A DNA stretch of 63,735 nucleotides, the filler included, from Licmophora abbreviata (taxonomy: Eukaryota), in assembly GCA_900291995.1 (NCBI GenBank). It is 10 parts of 10 records of this genome, joined end to end, with 100 filler letters (N's around TTAATTAATTAA, not from the genome) between each part and the next. Parts side by side here need not be neighbours in the genome. Positions count along the whole stretch, not along the records: positions 27,705 to 38,298 come from OLMU01000335.1; positions 38,399 to 48,373 come from OLMU01000336.1; 8 more parts are not named here. One strand, written 5' to 3'. Below the pieces are notes generated by a model, which did no database searches, was not told the origin of the DNA, and was given only the letters and a program-made list of their open reading frames with translations. Positions within the stretch are counted from its first letter, which is position 1. The number at the start of each line of letters is the position of its first letter. Of this stretch, positions 36,296-48,473 are shown piece by piece. The position numbers and the translations under genes were made by a program.

Positions 36296-37132
36296 ATGTC
36301 GTCGGATCTTGCTACATCGTTCGCATCCCTTCAATCGGCTGCGAAGCGCGCCCCAATCTCTCGAACTGATGCTGGAAAACCATCAATGACACCTCGATGT
36401 TATGTTCTCTTCCTGGCGTTTCGCGTAGGCAATCTCAGTTCCAGTGTGCTGACGCACGCCCCTCTCGACGACAAGCGGGCAGCTTTGGAAAACGCGGACG
36501 AGTCGGACACTGCCCCCGACGCGACGGCGTCTATGGACTCCTTCTGGACACTGCCGGAACACGGTGCTGAACGAGAGAAGATAGCGCTCGCCGTGGGTCA
36601 GGTGCTTTGGGCGTTGGTTGTCACAGCGGAAGCTTGTTCTTTGGACCTGGAAGAGTGTATTAGAAAGAAACTCGCCTTGAACACGCGTAAATATCCTGTC
36701 GAGCTCTGCAAGGGAAAGTCGGGCAAGTACACGGCGTACAGCCACAAGACGGGCATAACGAAAACCGAAGGTCAATCAACACTCGACATCGACTCGAACA
36801 ACACATCCACGTCAACGGTTGAAGAAATGACGAGAACGATTCGTAAGTTTGCCACTGAGAGGCTATGGTCTCGCTTTCATTCGCCTCGCAGTCTTGTACT
36901 GGCGCTCATGGGAGAGTTGGGAGAACTCGCCGAGCTATTCCAGTGGATAGGTGACGGCGAAGGTGGCGCGACTGGGTTGGGGAGCTGGACAAAGGAGGAT
37001 CTCGACAAGGTGGGACAGGAACTTGCAGACGTTACAATCTATCTGCTGCGCCTTGCTGACGTCTGTCACTTTACCAATGTTGGTGTCCTTGCGCGAGAAG
37101 AAAGTGGGAAGGCCATGCACTTGGATGATTAA
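36296..37132 (+). CDS. dCTP pyrophosphatase/MazG-like protein with two tandem domains
   Basis: C-terminal copy FATERLWSRFHSPRSLVLALMGELGELAELFQW...QELADVTIYLLRLADVC; degenerate N-terminal copy ending KKLALNTRKYP. Confidence 0.85.
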   Translation: MSSDLATSFASLQSAAKRAPISRTDAGKPSMTPRCYVLFLAFRVGNLSSSVLTHAPLDDKRAALENADESDTAPDATASMDSFWTLPEHGAEREKIALAVGQVLWALVVTAEACSLDLEECIRKKLALNTRKYPVELCKGKSGKYTAYSHKTGITKTEGQSTLDIDSNNTSTSTVEEMTRTIRKFATERLWSRFHSPRSLVLALMGELGELAELFQWIGDGEGGATGLGSWTKEDLDKVGQELADVTIYLLRLADVCHFTNVGVLAREESGKAMHLDD

Positions 37133-37319
37133 CACTCCGGTGTAGCTCGTCCCCCTAGCCTTGATACGCCGACTTGATATACGTTTCGAATATCAATGAA
37201 GGAAAACAACAAAGTATTACAGCTTTCCGGTTATAGGACAATTTTATATCTACACTTATTCTTACATCGTTGTGGCAGTGCGGACTCTAGAGTGAGTCAC
37301 CGTCTTGCGGCAGCAAAGC

Positions 37320-39489
37320 CTACTCGGCCTTCTTAAGCTCGCGAACGTTGGCATGGCCATGTTCGTGTGCCCATCGCTCGAGCTCCACATCAGCGGGATC
37401 GACGGGATTCTGAAACATGGGAAGATCGCCCACACCGTGAAGCTCCACCTCCACGTCGTCGTCGGGCGTTGCCGCGTAGAAGTGTTGGCCATGGCTCTCC
37501 TCGTCCACAGTATGGAAGTTCTCGGCTTTCTCAATTTGGTTCTTGAGGGCCTTGTGATCACCAGTTCGGTGCATCCTTCCGTGACTCTTACTTCTCATAT
37601 TTGTTAGCAAGACGCGCTTGCCCGCCTTTGCAAAGCGATGGGCGACGCCTTCGATTGCGGCCACGGCGGAGTGGTCAATAATCAAGGCGTCCTTGAAATC
37701 AACAATGACTGTATCTGGATCGTCGGAAACTGAAAACAAGTTGATAAAATGTCTCGCCGACCCAAAGAAGATGGATCCCTTGACATGAACGTACTTGACA
37801 GCGCACACGACGCCATTAACTTCCATTTTCTTCAATTCAATGTCCGCGTCCACTTGGGCTCCAGCATCCCAGGCATGAACCAAAGCACTAAACACGACGC
37901 CAGCGGCGATGGCAATGGCGAGATTAAAGAACACGGCAATCAAAGTTACAATCAGAATGACGCCGCTATCCGACAAACGCCCGTATCGAAGAATGACAAA
38001 AGTCTTATACTGAAACGTGGAGAGCACCACCATGAAGAGCACTCCTGTCAAGGTACCGACGGGAAGCAATTCAATCAACGGGCTCAAGGCGACGACAAAG
38101 AGGAGCATAAAGATACCGGACATGGTCGAGCTAACGCGATGACGTGCACCGTTCATAATGTTGATCGTCGACTGCCCAATCATTGCGTCTCCTCCCATAG
38201 CACTAAACATACCGCAGAGGAGATTCGCAAGGCCTTGCGCAAACAGCTCCTGATTGGATTCCGCAATTCTCGGGACAGTGTCTGTAATCTCGTTACATNN
38301 NNNNNNNNNNNNNNNNNNNNNNNNNNNNNNNNNNNNNNNNNNTTAATTAATTAANNNNNNNNNNNNNNNNNNNNNNNNNNNNNNNNNNNNNNNNNNNNGA
38401 CTCAACTGCCCCAATGGCAGCGAGGGTAATCGCGTAGATAAACATAGTGTTCACAGTGTCGCTCTCCGTCGGAATGGACGGCCAGTTGAACTTTGGGAGG
38501 CTGCCGCTCATCGTGGCAGTCTCCTCCACAGTACGCGTGGCAACTCCAAATGCCTCGCGGAAGAGCGTGTGCTCAACCAGCGTACCAATGACAAGAGAGA
38601 CGAGGGAAGCAGGGATCATCTTGCCTATCTTTGGTACTTTGGGAAAGAACTTCATAATGGCCATGCACCCAAAGACATGGACGAGTGTGAGAATAAGCTG
38701 CCACGTGTTGTCCTTGAAGGTGAGCCATTGTCTCTCGCTGACAGTGCAGTCGACAAAGAGCTCCTCGTCAGGACAAAATTGAAATGCCGGGAGCTGTGCC
38801 ATAAAGATAATAATAGCCAGTCCGTTCATGAAACCAATCATGCCAGTTTCGGGAATGAGGCGGACGAGCTTGGCGAGGCGAAGCAACGCAAACCCAATCT
38901 GCATGAGTCCACAAACAAACATTGTCATATAGAGTACGTTGAGACGTTCTTCTTTGCTGAGGTAGTCCAATACACCGTCGTCGGCAGTTAAATCAGTTGC
39001 AACAACAGCTAAAGCGCCAGCAGCACCGCTAATCATACCAGGCTTGCCCCCAAAGATACCACAAACAGTAGCCATCCAGAATGTCGCGTGGAGGCCCGAT
39101 AACGGGGGAACTCCGGCGACAAAAGAGAATGCGATGCTCTCAGGCACCTGCATAATCGCGACAGTGAAACCACTAATGATCTCGCTATAGAGCGTTCGAG
39201 GGTTCGCCCTGTAGTAGCGGTATGAGTCCGTCATATACGCCTTGGACCAATGAGGAAATCCAGTTGCGGCTTTCGTTACCATCGTCACTTCTCCCTTTAC
39301 AATATTGCTTCCATAGTTGACCAGCGCGGGAATAAAAGCAAGGAAAGGTTCCCTTTCCGTAGACAGAATACTGCTATCCTCGGTCCCTGTTTGTGATAGA
39401 CCCTCGTCGTTGGCACCCGTCGCTTCTTGCAAGGACTCCAGATTCGACTCCTTGCTTGTTTCCTCTATTGCCTCTTGCTCGGATGACAT
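37320..39489 (-). CDS. SulP/SLC26 anion (sulfate/bicarbonate) transporter with STAS domain; spans gap 38299-38398
   Basis: VPESIAFSFVAGV, GGKPGMISGAAG, GGDAMIGQSTIN; STAS GSIFFGS...IIDHSA. Confidence 0.9.
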
Positions 39490-40801
39490 GGTGCTGTTCT
39501 TTCAAATGATTCGTAATAACCATGCGCCTACATGCTTCGGAACCGAAAATCGGTGTCACGGCGAAACACAGATCTTGTGAATTTCTAGAGCGATACAAAT
39601 CTTTTTGTTCTGCTGAGGCCTGAGCGGCTTTGAATTTCGGCAATGGCGAACAGGAAAGGGCCCAGTGCTGTTGTGTGAGAGTACCCGGAGCTTGTTTCGG
39701 ACTGTAAATGCGTACGTAATCAATTGACTGACGTGGCAGTTGCTCATGTATGAGATTGTCATTCTACATTCTAGGCATTGTCTGTAATTTTTATATAGCA
39801 ACCAGTAGTAATCAAACATCAGAGCTCACGTGGAAACAGAGCTCGAACGAGAACCGGCGTCAAAAGTTGACCACCGTGGCCATCTGGAACAGTTCTCTGT
39901 AGCCTGAAGTTACTTATGAAAGTTGAATTGTTGCAGTGCACAATAGTATATCGGCCAATCAAGAAGATCAAATATGTCGTAGAAATAACCGATTGGCTAT
40001 TAAGAATACGTATGAATTGTACAGAGCTGCACGTGAATAGGATATCCCAGACAATTTTCAGCACTTGGAATGCGTTCTTGTCTGGAATGAATTGATCAGC
40101 ATGCTGTCGTATGCGATGGGGAGTGGATGCTGGAAAGGAAATTCTCTCAGTTCGGCCAAGCAAGAATTCTCACTTCACCCACTCATCACATCACAAGGCA
40201 TTTTTCATCGCTACAGGTGTAAGGGTTGACGACTTGTCGTTATTCGAAGGTATGTGAATCGATTTTATTGTCGAGCGTGCCGCGAGAGAAATCAAAGAAT
40301 GTTTCACAGCAAGGAGCTTCTTGGATGAACTCGTATGGGAGCGTTGCGTGTTGTCGGCAGTCGAGACGTGGACCTGAGGTCATCCATTATTTTCCTGAGC
40401 TTGTTTCGGTGCGAAAACCGTAACTTTCCTCTGAATGTGGATACCCCATGTAGAGACAGGGTCTATGAGTGTGCTCCGGGAATGTTTGAGGCTCCACGGC
40501 GGCTGTTTTGGTGGCTGAAGTCACCATGGTGACTCAAGCCCAGATGAGAGGCGGTCGCCTGCTCACATCGACTTTACTTGAAGATTCCCTTACCTGCAAG
40601 TTGCACGCGCGAGATACCTCATTGATTCGTTTTTGAGGGAATTTAATCGGAATCTTCGTCGAGTTTCGAATTTTGACAAGAATCTGGAAGATTCACGGCC
40701 CTTATTGGTCAGATTTATGCTGATTCGATGATTCACTTCGTGACTGACCATTCATTTCTTTCTCATTTGTCTAGACCCATAACCCACTCCAAACAATCAG
40801 C

Positions 40802-41314
40802 ATGACTCCAAAAATAGATTCGACTCCTCGAGATTCCACGAATCACTTCAGGTTCGCGTCAGAAACTTTTCCTGTTCACAATTTGAAGACTGAACAGCAC
40901 CTCGCGGACCTTCTCGCGACTCGCCAAGGGATGACACCACTACCGCATATGGATTCATTGGAGGACGAGGGCGAAGCACCTCGACCCATGACTCGGACGA
41001 AACCCAAGTCTCGAAGTATCAAAATCAAGCGAAGTCGCGACTACCACAAACACGACGATCCAAACCATGGCGAATCTGACTATCGCATGTATGACTGGGC
41101 AACGTGGCGAATGTATGACCGTATCACTTCATATCGCCAGTCAAGAGCTGCCGCCAGGGCCGTCCATCCAGCGATGGTGGCACCAGCACCGGCTGTACTT
41201 CCAATTCGAGATACACGAAAAGCTATGGACAGTCAAGACTGCAGCTTTCACCCACGTAGGACTGTCGAAGAGAGATCTTCAGCACATGAAGGCGTCTTTG
41301 TCCTCGACTTTTAG
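40802..41314 (+). CDS. Hypothetical small disordered protein
   Basis: 170-aa ORF with compact motif YDWATWRMYDRI and C-terminus EGVFVLDF. Confidence 0.65.
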   Translation: MTPKIDSTPRDSTNHFRFASETFPVHNLKTEQHLADLLATRQGMTPLPHMDSLEDEGEAPRPMTRTKPKSRSIKIKRSRDYHKHDDPNHGESDYRMYDWATWRMYDRITSYRQSRAAARAVHPAMVAPAPAVLPIRDTRKAMDSQDCSFHPRRTVEERSSAHEGVFVLDF

Positions 41315-41492
41315 GGAGAAGCAAATTTACACGAATAGAGTAGAATCGGGTACAACCAGCTGAACATATGGACACTGCCAAGCGTCACGAATAGCAACAA
41401 TGTATCTAGCTAAGTATATATATTAGCCTTTCTATCAATGGGCTATTGTAATCTTCTTTTTAAAGCCAACATGCACTTCGGCGAGGGTGACT

Positions 41493-43811
41493 CTAGCAAA
41501 GCCTACCTTGAGATGTCCGTTGAAGACTTACGATGGGCTTCTTAGGTGCCCTGGTGAGCGGGTTCTGGGATACTGGCACGGGCGACAGGGGCTCGATTTC
41601 CGTGTCCATGACATCATGCATGTCTCGCGTTCGATATGCAAACTCGAATTCATCCATGCGTGGCATGCGAAAGAGGCTCACTTGCTGTGGAGTAACGTAG
41701 CTGTCGCGGACGTTGTATTCCTTTCTTGGTCGCGGGATGAAAGTGCCGTGTTCGGATGCTAGAATTTGATCGCCCTCTTCGAAGTCGTTCGAATCGGTGG
41801 ATGACTGAGCCGTGACTTTGGTATCAAAGCTAGCCGCCTGTAGGTCGATCTCCTTGTTATCTTTCGTTGCGTCTGGATCTACTTTCCATTCATCCGTGTC
41901 GTGATAAAATCGTGTCATGAACTGTTTGTATTCTCTCCATTCTCGAAGCCGCTTTCGGTTGCTTGATTTTCGTTCACGTTTCACGGTTGCATTGTAAAGA
42001 GCAGCACGTACGGAAAGCATAGTCAAGCCAAGGACGCAAATGAAGAAAGTCGTCGAGAAGGCCCACGTGAGGCCTTCTACCGACTCGTTGCAGATGGGAC
42101 CGTACACAATCCTCCGGAGAATGGGAGACACACTCATGCAGGATGTAACCTCCAGTGCTGCCCGGACGTTTTGTCGAATCAGATCAAGGTTTTCTGCGAG
42201 TAGCGTGAGACCCAGCATGATCGGTGTGACTTCGCTTCCACACTCTTCATCGGCTAGGGTAGAACCAATGTCGCCCACGAGGGACACTATAGAGTTTGTC
42301 TGCTGCGTGGCGGCGAGGAGTTCGGATTCAATTGGTTCAAGAAAACTCAAAGGATTGTCCGTTGTACATGACTGATGGCGAGCGTGAGCGAAAGTGAAAT
42401 GTACAAAAACAAATCTGCTGGACAAGCCACTTACATCCATGTAGTATTCAAAAGAGCGATAAGGGAGGTCCGTTTTGTTTGCGCTTTGTTGTAGGACAAT
42501 ATCTTCTATCGTCCCTATCGGACTACCAGGGAAGTCACCTCCAGCACAGAAGTCTGTCGAGACGCAAGACAGAAAAGGTCAATCGATGAGTCGAGTCGCT
42601 GTAAGAACGATTTAAGTTAAGCATGACACGTGCATCGCTCGGACTCACCAGCGTTCACAACAGCCTACTTATGAAAGACATGTGAGATCAAGAGATGGAC
42701 AATGTCACGTTTGCAACATCGCATTCAATACAAAGACGACCTACCAACATTCCAAAAGTGCACGTCGTCACCACAGACGCTACCAACAACAATGCAAAGC
42801 TCGGCACGAGCAAGTTCGCCAGTATTCGTCGAGTAGGATGGTGCACCACGTTTCTTCTGGACAAACACAGTCCAAAAAGGAGGAACCCATTGACGACCAG
42901 CAGCAACATAACGAAGAGTTTGGCAAGCCATTGGTTGGCGAACCACGCCTCAATGTTTTCATCGACTGTCTGCGTCGCATCGCGGACTCTCGTCAGTCCA
43001 TCCCGCGTACCATGGACGTGGTCATTCATGAGCTGAGTCACATCGTGCAGAACCGCATTCAGGGAATCACTGATCGACTGGAGACCCATACCACTCTCAT
43101 CACCTAAAGCACTGATATTGCTCGGGCTGATGTTTGGACAGATACGTTCGAGATCAAGCAGGTTCTGTACGTCCGACGTTTGAAGACTATCGTGCGCTTG
43201 CTTGAGCGAGTCTGTAATACCAAGCGCCCGAAGTGAAATCGTTTCGACCATCTGTGCGACGATAGGATGACAGCAAACATCATAAACAAGTCAGTGAAGC
43301 GTAACATACATGCTATCGGGCGATGAGAGTCAAAGCAACCACATCGCACGCCACTTACGACGTTGATCTCTTGTAGTTCCTCTACTGAATCAGAAATCTG
43401 AAAGATGCCCTTTCGCAGAAATAGCGCGGCTGTGACCGCCAGCAGCACCGACGCTACGAAAAAGACCGTCTGGACCCGCCACGACCGCCGGACAATGGAT
43501 CGTACGGCAGCCTTTTCTTTTTGCTTGCGCCAGTACGATATATCCACCACGTCACCTCCCGCCGCACATCCCACTCGGTCGCGTCCTCGCAACTTGAGAG
43601 TCAGAATGATCGATAGCCATACAAAGAGGAGTGAGAGGAGGAAAATGGAAAAGGAAATCACGCCCCGCCGATAGTCTTCGTGGTCGCTTGGATCGGGCGA
43701 TGCGGCAGCCGACAGATGTGAAGTATGACCAAATCGCGGGGCGCGGTGCAGATTGATGACTATGGATGTCTGTACAGGAGAAGGAAAAGGAGGGCGTGAA
43801 GAGTCAGTCAT
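41493..43811 (-). CDS. Tweety/prominin-like multi-TM protein, paralog A (multi-exon, including 16-nt exon 42649-42664)
   Basis: About 5 TM segments with large Cys-containing loops; HRAPRFG, DRVG, NADFCAGG, YYMD|SCTTDNP and GPICNESVEGLTWAF. Family label is tentative. Confidence 0.65.
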
Positions 43812-44481
43812 GGTATGTGACCACTGGCCACGCAGAACCGAAGCGTCGCGTCAGCCGTCGTTTCCGCATGGACAATCTCACCTGTTCGTAGCCTGCGTCG
43901 AGCATGCTGCCCCTATCTTCTGAGTAAATAAAGACTAGAGGAGGAGGCGTCAAGAACGAAGGATGATGGGCGCATTCGGCGTTACAACCAGGACTTCACT
44001 CCCATCACATTATCTCCGAGAACCTGATCATCATCGTTGTCATTGGTATCGTTCTCGTCTTTTTCCCGCCCGTCACTCTCGCGCCGGCTCGAGAACCAAT
44101 TCAAAAACCTCTTGTGACACTTTGTACAATGGGTCGTGCCACATTACTTATGGAGCATCCGATATGGCAAACTCAGGCTCGGAGTTTCCGAATAGAGTTA
44201 TTCAGACAAGTTTATCCTGAAATTTAATTTGCGCGCCGACATTATGGAACGAGCCAGCCAGAGCACGACTTGAGGGATGACCACACACAATTCGTCGCTG
44301 ACGACCGTGTGTTGCAAACCACACCACGACTCATGCTTGTGTGTGACAGGGAGCCTTCCGCTGCAATAAGGTTTGCTCAAAGCAACCGCTCTCTCCCGAC
44401 GAACTAACGCGATCAACAAGAAAAGAAAACACTTCTACGCCTAGAGTCTGCAGTGGAAGAGAAAGAAAAAAGGAAGAGAAA

Positions 44482-46423
44482 ATGAGTGGCACCACTGTCT
44501 TCGAGTATGATCGCGTAAGTTTCGAAACGCATAGTCATACCCGTGGCATGGAAACCTCACGCTGCGTGATGCCGCTTGTGAAGCCGTTATTGGTCCTCTT
44601 GTGGTCTATTGAAAGTTTGGTCGTCTCATCCACCTTTTTCTTTGTTTTTCGCAGGCCCGAGCAGCCCAAGTTTTTCACAACGCCCCTAGGTTTGGCCGGA
44701 CCGACGAATTTTCGAGAATCTTCTTGTCGAGCAGCGACGCCAAAGACTATAGCGTTGGACTGATATTTATCGGAACTTTCATTCTTTGTTGCTTTTTGGC
44801 TTGGCTCACTGTCATTGTCGTCTTGAAATGCATGGGACCAGAGAGAGTAGGATTCTTGTCGGGTCATTCGTTCACGACTACGACGAGTTCGCGTCCATTC
44901 TATGTTCGCATCACGTTTGTCAATGCAGCCGTACTCTATATTATTTTTACGGTACTGCTGGTGACTCATGGAGTCACAGAATTGAAGGATACCACAGCGT
45001 CTGTCCACGATAACAACAAAGAGATTCAGTCGCTGCTGTTCGACGCGGATACGATTGCCGATTCTATGCAAGGCGTTGGTCAGTCCTCGAGAGGCGTTCG
45101 AGACGACCTGATTGCCAACTTGGGTAACTTTTGCCCCGGAGACGCGGATATTCAACAAGAGACAGGGATTGATTTTGATGAACTGGCAGTGCAGGCAATC
45201 GACTTGCTTAGCCAACTCGACGACTTTATCGAGAGCGACATGCAGGACTTTCAGGTGAACATTGACACGGCCATCGATGCATCGCAAGATGTGGAAGACG
45301 TCATTGATCAAATCGAGATGAGCGATTGGCAGAGTCTCCTGATTCTGATTCCATACATTATGCTTCCCTCGATACTGCTCGTCGGCGTCGTGATGGCCTG
45401 GTTTCAAGTGACAATGCCCGTTGTCACATGCATCATGTCGTGGGTCATTTTGCCGCTCTTTGTCCTGGCCACGGTCGCGGCTTTTGTGGGAAGTGCAACC
45501 ACGTCGTTCCTCGCAGTGGCAAATGCGGACATGTGCTCTGGAGGGACGGAAAATACTCCCGACGCTACGGTCATGAGCATGTTGGATAATCTCGATGTGA
45601 ATCCAGAAGATACTGTCTACCGTGCTGTGGAGTACTACTTGTCGGTAAGCGTATCAGAGCGAGATAGCTCGACGGCAGCTACAGTACCCCGTTGATGCTG
45701 CTCATTAAGTGCTTCTTGCTTACATCGTTTGTTTCATGTGTCGACTACACAGCGATGTTCACTCGAGAATCCATGGGATTTTATCCAGCGCTATGACGTG
45801 GAAATCGTAAGTCGAGAGTCGCTCGTTTCGCGTACCTCATCGGTTTGTTGATGTTATGTCTGATTCTAACAATCTCGTACTTGTTGCTGCTGTAGGCCAC
45901 TGCCAACGCTACCGTCGAAGAGCTATCGACTGCACTCAGGACTGTTACCGTGGAACGACTTACTTTTATCTGTGGCAAGGACTTTGGCCCGATCGAGGAA
46001 CTATTGCAAACAATGGAAGGGAATCTTATACAATTGGCAGAAAATACCAGAGGCGCCCTGAATCTGTTGGCTTGCGAACGCATTCTACCCATTTATACCG
46101 AAACCATCTACGGCGGAACTTGCAGATACTCCATGGCTGGCGTCGCGTGGGTCTTCGCTGCGTCGCTCGTGATAGGGTTCATGGGCATGTTGATGATTAT
46201 GTTTCGATCGTCCCTGTACGAAGACGAGATGTTTGTGGATGACGAGACGGTCCTGAAAGATGCGGGTGCGTCAGAGAATCGAGGCAGCGTCAACTATGGA
46301 GTGACCGCTCCGTCTTCGACGGGAAGCTCGCGTAGCGGCGAGCGTTCTTCAAACAATGGAGACTTGTACTACGACGAAAGCCCGGCATCGTCGCCGGATC
46401 GCTCTCACATGCGTTATTACTGA
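44482..46423 (+). CDS. Tweety/prominin-like multi-TM protein, paralog B (introns 44515-44654, ~45645-45752, ~45807-45895)
   Basis: HNAPRFG, ERVG, NADMCSGG, YYLS|RCSLENP and GGTCRYSMAGVAWVF; same layout as paralog A. Confidence 0.7.
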
Positions 46424-46503
46424 CGAGTTGTAGACTATACGATAGAAAAAAGTTTAGAGTTAAAGCTGTGTGATACTACAATCGACATGTGCAGTAGAAG
46501 CTA

Positions 46504-48001
46504 CTACGACTTTCCCGAAAGCGGATCCGTCACCCAGTTGGAGCCAGTACCGGCGGCATGAGTGTACTTGAGAGTCGAAACAATGTTCTGCCATATCCAC
46601 GGATAGTAGGCATACTTCACCCCATGCCTCTTGCAAACTTCACGTACTGCCGGTGCAATGTACGGGTACCAGGCGCTCGACATACGCGGAAACAAATGGT
46701 GCTCAACCTGAAAGTTGAGTCCGCCCGTGATGCAGCCTGACACAAACCCTCCGTAGGTACTGGACGTTTCCACCTGACTCTTAAACCAGCACACGGATTC
46801 TTTCTTGTCGCGCGCATCGACAGTTGGATCACGATCACACCCTTCAAAGCAGTGCGAGAGGGTAAACGGAACGGCCAACATGAGACTTCCTGCAACGCCC
46901 ATGACCATAATGTGTGCCAAGGGTAACCAAGCGAACCCGCCGTGATGTACAAAGGGGGCAAGAATATTCGTCAAAATGTACAAGGCACGAAGTAAGATGG
47001 CATACTTGCGACGACGCGCAATGAAGTCGTTGTCCATACGAATTCCAGCGCTCTGTGCTCCGCGCTGTTTCAAATCCAATATTTGGGCGTTGAAGACCGA
47101 CGACAACCAGTATCCGGCCAAGACGGGGATGTAAAAGAATGCTTGAAATTGGTGCAGCCACGTGCGGGCAGGGTGACCCAGCGGATAATCGTTGAAGATA
47201 AGCATGGGCTCGGCGCTGGCGCTGTCGGGGTCCTTGTCGCGGTGATTCGTATAGGCATGGTGTGTCCAATGCTGCTCCATCCAGATCCACTTGTTGCCAC
47301 CGATGAAATCCGTACCGAATCCGAGCAATTCGTTGACCCAAGGTTTCTTGGAGACAGCGCCATGGTTGGCATCGTGTTGAACATTGAGACCGATGAAGGC
47401 TTGTGCGATGCCGTACAGGATCGCGAGGGTAAAGGAGGACCCCGTGACGACCCAGCGATACTGCAGAGTGAAGAAAAGGGATACGTAGAACAAGGCTCGC
47501 AGGAAATATCCCGGGGTGCCGAACTCATTTCCGCGTCGCACAATCTTAAAGACTTCCGTCTTCACGTCTCTCTCAAACGGCGTGTCGAATTTGTATCTGA
47601 GGAGACAGCGTAAGAAGCAACAAATGGCATTGTCAGACTTGCTCATCCTGCGAACACGAGTAATACACGTAGCGAACGCACTCGGTCTCGTAGTCCACGA
47701 CTTTTCCCACACGCTTAAGCTTGGCCAAATGCTTGGAGGATGTGTGGCTGGGGTGAATCATGCGATACTGAATCGTCACATCGTTCCCTCCAAAGACGAG
47801 AATGGTATCTCCGCCCGGATGATCAAAGCTGGCAATGTCGTAAATTACGCCATCGATAGCGACTTCCGTCCCCTTGAGGTCCTTCAGCGAACAGAGACGA
47901 TGTGGTCCAGCAGCACTAGTAGTCGCATCGGCACCGTTGGCTTGGTCCTCATCGTAGAGACGACTCCTGCGTTGGCGGAGCTTGTCGGCGTCCGGCGGCA
48001 T
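46504..48001 (-). CDS. Front-end delta-5 fatty acid desaturase (intron 47597-47681)
   Basis: Cytochrome b5 HPGG; His boxes HDANH, HWTHH and QVEHH. N-terminus MPPDADKLRQR is as I recall for Phaeodactylum PtD5. Confidence 0.92.
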
Positions 48002-48473
48002 ACTGTAGAGCGAGGGTATGGAGGGCGATGTGCTTTGTAGCCACGGTGGAACGGCCAATGTGTCTTGGAGTGAAAAGTATCATTGGTATGTGTGGTGTGC
48101 GCTGATGCTGTCGGAGTTTTGGCAGCAGCCCGCTAAACCGCATGCAGACATGACGTGGCATGCGGAAAACGCTCGCGCGTTCATTCCGACGACGATGGAT
48201 GCTCATACTCGTGGGTTTCAAAATAATAAGTTCCCGCAAAATAAAGCTTCAAGCCTCAAAGACTGAAAGTTGCATTCTTGTATGCTCACCTGTATTCTAG
48301 GTGCTGGGCTACGTATGCTCCATCCATCAGTGCCATCATCGTCATCATCATCATCGCAGAGCGCGGGAAAAGTNNNNNNNNNNNNNNNNNNNNNNNNNNN
48401 NNNNNNNNNNNNNNNNNTTAATTAATTAANNNNNNNNNNNNNNNNNNNNNNNNNNNNNNNNNNNNNNNNNNNN

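Noticed and set aside
48314..48373. Poly-Ser followed by QSAGK just before the gap, resembling the dynamin P-loop QSAGKS
   Set aside because: Codons differ from the real P-loop and the context is low-complexity; probably chance or simply the N-terminus of the dynamin.
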